64,000 nt of DNA, taken from the IMG/VR virus record IMGVR_UViG_3300026286_000004; one strand, written 5' to 3'. The DNA comes from a virus. Lineage: Duplodnaviria > Heunggongvirae > Uroviricota > Caudoviricetes. The notes beneath the pieces were generated by a model, which saw only the letters and a program-made list of their open reading frames with translations, was not told the origin of the DNA and did not search any database. This document shows positions 57,196-64,000 of the stretch, one piece after another. The first letter of the stretch is position 1. Each line of letters begins with the position of its first letter. The position numbers and the translations under genes are program-made.

Positions 57196-57605
57196 GGCAG
57201 ACGGCCAGCGTCGCGCAGTGCTGCCACGGCAAGCTCCGCGATCTCTTCGTGCCGTTCGCACGGTCCGACGGCGTTGCAGGTCCGGCAGCAATCAGTGCGG
57301 CGGTGCGAGGGCCACTCGTTCAGGATGTCGCGGACGAAGTTGTCCACGCGCGATCCGGTCAGGCACGTCTTCGCCTCGTCGACAAAGGCGGCCATGTCGT
57401 GGATGCGGACCGCGCCGTCGTCGACGAGAGCGCACAAATCCAGGACTCCGACCGTCACGCCGACGCCGTCGAGGTGCGGGTAGATCGCCTTCCACCCGTC
57501 CGACGGCAGACCGGCCGAACCCGGCTGCGCCCACGATGACGGCAGCACCAGGTCGCCCTCGGCCAGCGTGCTGTCCAGGGTCAGCTGTTCGAAGATCGTT
57601 TTCAT
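57192..57605 (-). CDS. hypothetical protein with a C-terminal Cys cluster (CCRTCNAVGPCERH); tandem paralog
   Basis: Minus-strand class-1 motif GCGTGTC-N18-TCATGGTGGTCATGAAA. Confidence 0.45.
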   Translation of the reverse strand: MKTIFEQLTLDSTLAEGDLVLPSSWAQPGSAGLPSDGWKAIYPHLDGVGVTVGVLDLCALVDDGAVRIHDMAAFVDEAKTCLTGSRVDNFVRDILNEWPSHRRTDCCRTCNAVGPCERHEEIAELAVAALRDAGRLP

Positions 57606-57775
57606 GACCACCATGAAGCCGGTCGTGAAGGATCGACACGCGCGGCCGGCCGTGCCGGGTCGCGAAGCGCCTGCCGGAACGACGCAGGCTTCCGGGCGCG
57701 CAGCCGCTGGGCGTCGGCCCGAGCCTGCAGCGCCCTCGCGGTCTTCTCCTTCCAGTCGGGTACCAAGTCAGTCAT
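57602..57775 (-). CDS. small coiled-coil ORF (57 aa)
   Basis: ATGA-coupled to the downstream gene. Protein-like composition. Confidence 0.3.
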   Translation of the reverse strand: MTDLVPDWKEKTARALQARADAQRLRARKPASFRQALRDPARPAARVDPSRPASWWS

Positions 57776-57887
57776 CGTCGCGCTTCCCGGGGAGACGGAT
57801 GATCACGATCAGCAGGACGAGCGCGGTCACCACTGTCGCGGCGCACGAGAGCGCGATGACACCGATCGCATACAGGACGGTCGCCAT
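57768..57887 (-). CDS. small membrane peptide (39 aa)
   Basis: MATVLYAIGVIALSCAATVVTALVLLIVIIRLPGKRDDD. The start overlaps the recG stop (TGATG). Confidence 0.3.
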   Translation of the reverse strand: MATVLYAIGVIALSCAATVVTALVLLIVIIRLPGKRDDD

Positions 57888-60520
57888 CACGCGCTCATCA
57901 GCCACGCCGCGGCTTCCTCTCCGACCGCCGCGGCGACCTCGGAGCGCAGGCCGGGCCGGCGCACCAGGTGCGGGTCGTCGCGTGTCAACGCTGCCGCGTC
58001 CTCGTTCGCCCACGCCAGCAGCTTCGTATCGTTCGTCACTGACGCGACCCGCAGGTCCCGGCCCGTTCCGGACTGGGTCGTTCCGAGCACCTGACCGGCG
58101 CCGCGGATCTCCAGGTCGAGTTCGGCCAGGGCGAATCCGTCGGTCGTCGACACGATCGCCTCCATGCGCTGCTTCGCGACGGCGGTCTTCGGGTCGCCGA
58201 CGAGGATGCACCGCCCGGACGCATGGCCGCGCCCGACCCGGCCCCGTAGCTGATGCAGTTGTGCGAGACCGAACTTCTCCGCCCCGAGCACCACCATGAC
58301 GGTCGCGTTCGGGATGTTCACGCCCACCTCAATCACGGTGGTCGCGACGAGCACGTCGAGCTTCTTCGCCGCGAAATCGGCCATCGTCGCGTGCCGGTCC
58401 GCTGGGGTGTCCTTGCCGGTGATGACACCGATCCGCATTCCGGCCAGCGCGCCGATGACGAGCTGCTCCGCGGTCGCGTGCGCGGCGGCGGCCTCTCGGG
58501 TCGCAGAAGACGTCACCAGCGGGACGACGACGAATGCCTGATGGCCGGCGTCCACTGCGGTGCGGACCGCGGCCCACGCCATCGACGCCGGGTCCATCAG
58601 GTCGGCCTGGTCGCCGCTGATGTGGTGGGTCAAGATCGGGGTCCGGCCGGGCGGCATCTCGTCCAGGACGGACAGGTCCAGGTCGCCGAACGTCGTCAGC
58701 ACGGCGGTTCGCGGAACCGGCGTCGCCGAGGCGTACAGGACATCCGGGACCCGGACCCCCTTCGCGCGCAACGCGGCCCGCTGCTCGACGCCGAACCGGT
58801 GCTGCTCGTCGATCACGGCCACCGTCAGGTCGTGGAAGACCACCTTCTCGTCCAGCAGGGCGTGCGTGCCGATCACGATGTCGATCGAACCGTCAGCCAT
58901 CCCGGCAAGGGTCTCCTTGCGCTTCTTCCCGGTGACCTTCCCGGTCAGCAGGCGCACCTGGACCGGTTCGCCGTCGGCCTTCGTCAGCCCGGACAGCGAA
59001 TCCTCGACGTCCTCGAAGTGCTGGAGCGCGAGGATCTCGTTCGGCGCGATCATCGCGGCCTGGGTGCCGTTCTCGACCGCTCCGAGCATCGCGATCAGGG
59101 CCACCAGCGTCTTGCCGGACCCGACGTCTCCCTGCAGCAGGCGGTGCATCGGCGCCGGGACGGCCATGTCGTTCAGGATCGCCGTCACGGCGCGCTGCTG
59201 TGCCCCGGTCGGGGTGTACGGCAGCGACGCGAGGAAGTCGCGCATCAGGTCACCGGTCAGGACGTGCGCGGTCGCCTCCTGGCCGCTGTTCGCTGCCTTG
59301 GCGGCCGAGATCACCAGTTGCAGCCGCAGCAGTTCGTCGTACGCGAGCCGGTCGCGGCCGGACTGCGCCTCATCGGCATTGGCCGGGTCGTGCACCATCC
59401 GGTACGCGGACGCCCGGTCCGGCAGCCCGTGCTCGCCGAGCAGTTCCGGTGGCACCGGGTCGATCATCGACCCCAGGCGGCGGGCCGCTTCCCGGGCGGC
59501 AGCGAAAATCTGCCACGTCGCCAGCTCATTCACCCCGGATGCCGGGTAGACGCCGATCATCTTCGCGGACGATTCGACGATCGGTTCCGCGAGTGGGTTC
59601 GTCATCCCGAACCCGTTGCCGCCGTCGCTGTAAGGGAACGTCTCGAGCTTGCCGTGCATGATGACGCGCGTGCCGACGGGGATGCGCCGGCCCAGGCCGC
59701 GGGCATGGAACCAGCGCACATGCAGGTACGTGCCGGCGTCGTCCCGGATGGTTGCCTTGCTCATCGCGCCCCGCTCCTTCGGGACCTCGAGCTTCGTCAC
59801 CGTCCCGAACACGGTCGCGGTCGTGCCGGGCACGAACTGTCGCACCTGGCCCGGCGAGGTCAGGTCGATGTACCGGCGCGGCAGGGTGTGCAGCAGGTCG
59901 TGCACGTTGCTGATCCCGGTGGCGTGCATCGCGTCGGCGATCACCGGCGAGACGGCGGCCAGCTCGTCCAGGCCGACCCCGCGCAGGCCGTCGATGTTGC
60001 CGTCGAACGGCAACGGCGGCAACGCCTCGGTCGCGACGACCGGGTTCTTCTCGCACCACTGCACGATCGTCTCGGGCACCTCGCACCAGCCGACGGGGGA
60101 GCCGGCCTTGACGAGCGCGTGCGACGGCAGCAGCCAGCAACTGTCGGCCTTGCGCCACATCGCGGTCGCCCCCATGTGGGAGCGCACCAGGTCCGGGCCG
60201 TCCAGTCGTGGGTGCACCTCGACCAGTGACGGGTCGCCGGGACGTGCACGTGCGGCCGCCTTCGCAAGCCCGTTCAAGGCGGCCGGCCGGCCGTCCGGCC
60301 CGATCACGGTGATGCCCGCTTCGGTGAAGGTCCGGTCCGGGTTCTTACCGGTCGCGGTGATCGTCCACGACTTGTCGGCGTCGTTGAACTGCCGCCCCGG
60401 GAAGCGCTTCACCCATTCACGCAAGGATTCTCCCGTGATTGCGTGGATGTCGTGGTAGCCGAAGTACAGCACGACGGCAGGGGTGTACCAGCTGCCGGTG
60501 ATCTCCGCTTGTGCCGTCAT
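57887..60520 (-). CDS. recG: ATP-dependent DNA helicase RecG
   Basis: GDVGSGKTLVA, DEQHRFG and the wedge and helicase domains. Class-2 GGCAAAGAG 5 nt before ATG 60520. Confidence 0.85.
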   Translation of the reverse strand: MTAQAEITGSWYTPAVVLYFGYHDIHAITGESLREWVKRFPGRQFNDADKSWTITATGKNPDRTFTEAGITVIGPDGRPAALNGLAKAAARARPGDPSLVEVHPRLDGPDLVRSHMGATAMWRKADSCWLLPSHALVKAGSPVGWCEVPETIVQWCEKNPVVATEALPPLPFDGNIDGLRGVGLDELAAVSPVIADAMHATGISNVHDLLHTLPRRYIDLTSPGQVRQFVPGTTATVFGTVTKLEVPKERGAMSKATIRDDAGTYLHVRWFHARGLGRRIPVGTRVIMHGKLETFPYSDGGNGFGMTNPLAEPIVESSAKMIGVYPASGVNELATWQIFAAAREAARRLGSMIDPVPPELLGEHGLPDRASAYRMVHDPANADEAQSGRDRLAYDELLRLQLVISAAKAANSGQEATAHVLTGDLMRDFLASLPYTPTGAQQRAVTAILNDMAVPAPMHRLLQGDVGSGKTLVALIAMLGAVENGTQAAMIAPNEILALQHFEDVEDSLSGLTKADGEPVQVRLLTGKVTGKKRKETLAGMADGSIDIVIGTHALLDEKVVFHDLTVAVIDEQHRFGVEQRAALRAKGVRVPDVLYASATPVPRTAVLTTFGDLDLSVLDEMPPGRTPILTHHISGDQADLMDPASMAWAAVRTAVDAGHQAFVVVPLVTSSATREAAAAHATAEQLVIGALAGMRIGVITGKDTPADRHATMADFAAKKLDVLVATTVIEVGVNIPNATVMVVLGAEKFGLAQLHQLRGRVGRGHASGRCILVGDPKTAVAKQRMEAIVSTTDGFALAELDLEIRGAGQVLGTTQSGTGRDLRVASVTNDTKLLAWANEDAAALTRDDPHLVRRPGLRSEVAAAVGEEAAAWLMSA

Positions 60521-60573
60521 ATTTGCTCTTTGCCGCTGCACGTCGTTCCGGCGGCACCGCACACATACTGGGC

Positions 60574-61212
60574 ATGACGACCCCGTTCAACGAGAGCGAT
60601 CATCCGCGCGGAGCAGGTGGGCAGTTCGCGCCGAAGGCTCGCTCGGAGCAGGCCCGGCTGGACGCTCCATACGGCGACGGGCACCCGTGGAACCAGGATG
60701 CGGAGCAACGGGAACGGTTGGAGGTCGAGCTGGCTGGGCAGATCGCCGCGTTCCCGCATTTCGTGGCCGACCCGCGAGCGTGCGCCGCGCGCATCTTCCA
60801 GATCGTCGCCGTGTACCGCGGTGTCCCATCCGAGGTCGCCGAAGCCGCGACACCGGATGCCGTGGCGGCAGCCAGCCGCGGCGGGCCGTCCGGCGAGGGG
60901 ATGTACCGGGCGATGCTTCCGGTGATCGACGCCGCCCAGGCCCGCGAGTACGCCCCGAAACCGCAGCCGGACCGGATCCCCGACGTCCCGACGCTGAGAG
61001 AAGTCGAAGCCGCGAAGGCGTACCTGGATGCGCTGGAGCCGGTCCGGCAGATGTACCGGCCCGACTGGGAGCGGAGGAACGGCGGGTACGGGCCGACCGT
61101 CGCGCAAGTTCGCACACATGCCCATGAACGCTCCTTACAGGATGACCGGATCCGTGCCGCGAAAGTCGAGTACGACCGGCTGAAGGCGGCCTACGACGCC
61201 GCGAACGGCTAG
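60574..61212 (+). CDS. family-X N-terminal module protein (213 aa)
   Basis: N-terminus MTTPFNESDHPRGAGGQFAPKARSEQARLD. Promoter variant CCGCACACATACTGGGCATGACGACC. Confidence 0.55.
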   Translation: MTTPFNESDHPRGAGGQFAPKARSEQARLDAPYGDGHPWNQDAEQRERLEVELAGQIAAFPHFVADPRACAARIFQIVAVYRGVPSEVAEAATPDAVAAASRGGPSGEGMYRAMLPVIDAAQAREYAPKPQPDRIPDVPTLREVEAAKAYLDALEPVRQMYRPDWERRNGGYGPTVAQVRTHAHERSLQDDRIRAAKVEYDRLKAAYDAANG

Positions 61213-62489
61213 CTGTCGAACACGACCAGGTACCGCAGCGCAACCTGGTCGATCGGGGTGATGACTTCCTGGTTGAGGACGTTGCACGTTCCCGCCCGGA
61301 CGTGGATCGAGTCGAACCGGCGGCCCTTGGTGTCGCTGACCTTGCCGCGCAGGATGTCGTCCCACACGTACTGGCCTTTGCGGTCCGGGAGGCACTCGTT
61401 GCCCATGATCACGTCGGCGCTGAACATGAACCACTGCCGGTCGACCCCGGACGACCAAACCCCGCCCGCGGCATACCCAGCCGCCTTCGTCGACGTTTCG
61501 GACGTGTACACGCAGTTGTAGCCGCCGAACATGTTGCCGGCCAGGCCGACGGTCGAGATCGACCCGCGCGGCACGAACCCGGTCGTCAGGATCGACAGCA
61601 CGTTGTGGTTTCGGGTGCCGTGCCAGTTGCGCTGGACGTTCCCTAGCTTCGCGGCGAGGGCGTCGAACTGGTCGGCCTTACGGGTGTCGGTGATCTCGTA
61701 CGCGCCGACGAGCTTCGCGCCTGTGACGCGCGCCGAATGCTGGGCTTTCACGGTCGAGGTGAACCGTCGGCCCAGGTCATCCATGACCTTCCCGTCGCTG
61801 ACGGGTGCCAGGCGGTACCGGAACAGCGCCAGCGGGTCGATGTCAGCGCCGGCTTCCTCCTTGACCAGCCCGACCTGCACGGAGGCACGCAACCGGTCGA
61901 GGAAATCAGCTTGTGCCGCAACCTGATCGGGCGTGACCAGGAAGTCCTCATGCCAGCCGCGGCGCGCACCGACCTGCTGCGGGATCAGCCGCAGGTACCG
62001 TTCCAGGTTCTCGATGCGGGCGCTGCCGGTCAGCTTCGGCAGTTCGTTCAGCAGCACCGCAGCCTCATCGATCGTGCGGGTCGTGACCAGCCCGAGCGGA
62101 GTGGTGACCTGCCCGTCCCGGACAGTCATCCGTCCGCCGGAGATGTTCGCGATCTGGTGGGCGTTCGAGGCGACCAGCCGGTCGATCAGGGCGACCACGG
62201 ACGGGTCGGACACGGACGCAAGACCCTCGCGCGCCAACGATTTCAGGGGTGTGTCGTCGCTGGTTTTCGCCGCGTGCGCGGTGACCGTCTTGACTTCGCT
62301 GTACCCTTCGCGCGTCTTGGACCGCACGAGCCGGTCGAACGTGTGCTGCCCGCCGGGATACGGCTTGGTCCGGCCAGTGTTCCCGACTCGCCCCCAACGG
62401 GCGTGCACCGTATCGCCGTCGAGGCGCAGGTGGTAGAACTTGTTGTTGTTCTCCTGCGTGTTGACCTTCACGAGCATGATCTCGCTCAT
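61209..62489 (-). CDS. PARP-like ADP-ribosyltransferase (WGR domain, helical domain, ART domain with an H-Y-E triad)
   Basis: WGR motif NKFYHLRLDGDTVHARWGRVGNTG. Catalytic motifs NWHGTRNHNVLSILTTGF, GNMFGG..STKAAGYA and LNQEVIT. GGGAGAGAAG RBS before M17. Confidence 0.7.
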   Translation of the reverse strand: MSEIMLVKVNTQENNNKFYHLRLDGDTVHARWGRVGNTGRTKPYPGGQHTFDRLVRSKTREGYSEVKTVTAHAAKTSDDTPLKSLAREGLASVSDPSVVALIDRLVASNAHQIANISGGRMTVRDGQVTTPLGLVTTRTIDEAAVLLNELPKLTGSARIENLERYLRLIPQQVGARRGWHEDFLVTPDQVAAQADFLDRLRASVQVGLVKEEAGADIDPLALFRYRLAPVSDGKVMDDLGRRFTSTVKAQHSARVTGAKLVGAYEITDTRKADQFDALAAKLGNVQRNWHGTRNHNVLSILTTGFVPRGSISTVGLAGNMFGGYNCVYTSETSTKAAGYAAGGVWSSGVDRQWFMFSADVIMGNECLPDRKGQYVWDDILRGKVSDTKGRRFDSIHVRAGTCNVLNQEVITPIDQVALRYLVVFDS

Positions 62490-62583
62490 CGCTTCTTCTC
62501 TCCCGAAAGCACTTGTGCTGCAAGGTTTCGCAGCCACCGGGCGGTGTCACTCAGGCCGTCGCGGAAAGCCTGCGCGGCAGCCC

Positions 62584-62955
62584 TCAGATGACCTTCGCGA
62601 CCGCGGCGTCCACGATGTCGGAGATCATCTTCGACAGGTCGTCGACGGTGACCGTGAACAGGTCTGTCGTCTCCGCGACCCGCTCGGCGGTCTTGACCAT
62701 CGCCAAGTGCCGGACGCCGTGCTCGTCGATGTAGTCGTGGCCCTCGTCGCGGTGGTCGGTCCAGGTGGACTTGACCGTCACGAGGCGGCCCTTCTCGGTC
62801 AGCCAGTGCTTCTTGCTGACACGCCATCCGAGGCGCGGATCGGTGCCGGACGCGACGCGCTGCGTCGGGACGCCGAGGTTGTGCAGCAGCTCTCGCATGG
62901 TGTTGATGAGGCCGACCTTGGCGGTCGCAAGGATCTGGTCGGAAACGCTGTTCAT
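62584..62955 (-). CDS. hypothetical protein (123 aa)
   Basis: AGGAGC RBS. An upstream class-1 motif (GCGTAAG-N18-TCATA) sits about 40 nt before the start, with a short hairpin in the leader. Confidence 0.5.
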   Translation of the reverse strand: MNSVSDQILATAKVGLINTMRELLHNLGVPTQRVASGTDPRLGWRVSKKHWLTEKGRLVTVKSTWTDHRDEGHDYIDEHGVRHLAMVKTAERVAETTDLFTVTVDDLSKMISDIVDAAVAKVI

Positions 62956-63060
62956 GGGTTCTGCTCCTAATGGTTCGGGGTGCTTCTACCCCTTATGACG
63001 CCGGTCGCCGATGATGCTTACGCTACCGGGGAGGTCTGACAGTCCTCGGGCCAGAAAACG

Positions 63061-64000
63061 TTACGCAGCAGTCGATTTCGTCAATTCCTCGCGATCCACG
63101 ACGACCGTTTTGATCCACTCCGGCAGCGGGCAGCACCACGGGCTCTCAACGTTGTCGGTGACGACGACGGCGACCACCGGAATGTCGTTGATCATCTTGT
63201 TGGGCCAGCCCGTCCCGCCGTCCGTCGCGCAGATCACGACATGCGGTCGCGGCTTGAGGTTGCACGCCTGCTCGATGGCGCGGGCCATGTCAGTGCCACC
63301 GCGCCCGGTGACCTGCTCCATCGTCTTGCGGCCCTGGTACTTCTTCACGTCGTAGATGTGCGTGTCGGCGTCCACGACCCGGAAGTCATCGCCCCTGATG
63401 CCCATCCGCTTCGCAATCGCCTCGCACTCACGGGACACGGCGGCGAGGTCTGCCTGCCCCATCGACCCGGAGGTGTCCCGGATCAGGATGATCTGTGGGA
63501 CGGGGCGGACCAGGCCACGGTTCGGTGACTTCCGGTCGCCGAGCATCGTGTACTGGCGGCGACGGTTGGGACGCTGGAACGTCGTGTCGTCATACCCGGA
63601 GCGCCACGCCTTCGCGCGACGGATCGTCTTGCCGAGCACCGTCTGCCACGGCACCTTCGACGGACTCATGTGCTCCTTCGCGGTCCCCAGCAGACCGGCC
63701 GGGACGTTGCCGATGCCCTTGCCCTGATGGTCGAGGATGTTCACCGCGGTGTCGAGAATCGTCGCTTCGATCTCGACCGGAGACACGCCCTGGACCGGAT
63801 TCTCGCCGTCATCGCTGCCGGGAACCGGCATGCCTCCTGCCCCCTGCCCGCAGCCGCTGAACGTGACTTCCTGGCCGCAGTCCGGGCAGCACTGGCCCTG
63901 CTGACCGCCCTGGCCCTGCTGACCACCCTGACCGCCCTGGCCCTGCTGACCACCCTGACCGCCCTGACCGCCCTGGCCCTGCTGACCGCCCTGACCGCCC
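63061..64000 (-). CDS. von Willebrand factor A (vWA/MIDAS) domain protein; frame open to the window edge through a Gly/Gln-rich repeat and CPDCG
   Basis: MIDAS motif LIRDTSGSMG, plus GGTD and ATDGG. M at 63831 is the only internal start. Upstream in frame lies (GGQ/GQQ)n..QCCPDCGQEVTFSGCG. Confidence 0.6.
   Translation of the reverse strand, partial: GGQGGQQGQGGQGGQGGQQGQGGQGGQQGQGGQQGQCCPDCGQEVTFSGCGQGAGGMPVPGSDDGENPVQGVSPVEIEATILDTAVNILDHQGKGIGNVPAGLLGTAKEHMSPSKVPWQTVLGKTIRRAKAWRSGYDDTTFQRPNRRRQYTMLGDRKSPNRGLVRPVPQIILIRDTSGSMGQADLAAVSRECEAIAKRMGIRGDDFRVVDADTHIYDVKKYQGRKTMEQVTGRGGTDMARAIEQACNLKPRPHVVICATDGGTGWPNKMINDIPVVAVVVTDNVESPWCCPLPEWIKTVVVDREELTKSTAA

Noticed and set aside
56762-57232. 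N-terminal 157-aa extension of the tmk ORF
   Set aside because: Arg/Gly/Pro-rich. The conserved Tmk N-terminus (FITVEGIEGAGKTT) starts at GTG 56761, and the extension overlaps two real genes.
63741-63953. ORF 63741..63953 (-)
   Set aside because: It is a frame-shifted reading of the Gly/Gln repeat. The vWA frame is the coherent one.
1-64000. CRISPR array
   Set aside because: The only regularly recurring short elements are the promoter-like class-1 and class-2 motifs. They are irregularly spaced at gene starts, are not separated by unique spacers of uniform length, and are not tandem.

Overview
This is a 64-kb, roughly 68-70% GC, gene-dense actinobacterial-type window that reads like a mobile-element accessory region. 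Four feature groups dominate it. Conjugation-like machinery: a TM protein (19..969), a VirB4/TrbE-like ATPase (970..4491) and a 1.5-kDa-scale FtsK/SpoIIIE-like translocase (45680..50131, -). Phage-like DNA and nucleotide metabolism: NrdJ, ThyA, a DHFR-metallophosphoesterase fusion, a DinG-like helicase, LigA, RecG, Tmk, Orn and two DnaQ-like exonucleases. ADP-ribosylation genes: a WGR-PARP (61209..62489, -) and a macro-domain protein (55073..55504, -). Accessory genes: MoxR AAA+, vWA, SF1 helicase, DUF262, ArdC-like and ImmA-like metallopeptidases, and many small paralogous hypothetical genes. I found no capsid, tail, rRNA, tRNA or CRISPR features. Two inteins are present: a 334-aa class-3-like intein splitting the Walker A K|T of the VirB4-like ATPase, and a 147-aa mini-intein after the catalytic NPC Cys of NrdJ. 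The strongest unexplained signal is a ~39-bp start-associated motif found in 25-30 copies on both strands, GCGT[AG][AC]CGAC-N~10-CCGGnnTCAT[CG]-N6-8-ATG. Its first element often overlaps the previous gene's stop codon, its geometry resembles an ECF-sigma promoter (AAC-N16-CGTC) feeding leaderless mRNAs, and one copy drives a ~350-nt ORF-free region. A second conserved start element, GGCAAAGAG-N5-ATG/GTG, occurs 9 times. Four to five proteins with unrelated C-terminal domains share an N-terminal ~35-aa module (MTT..DHPRGxGGxF/GQFG...EQDVDL) and a variant promoter (CCGCACACAT); one copy carries an ATG->ACG start lesion. Other notable items are a 7x tandem Cys-rich 40-aa repeat protein, several tandem paralog pairs, two likely frameshifted genes, and pervasive ATGA/GTGA stop-start overlaps.
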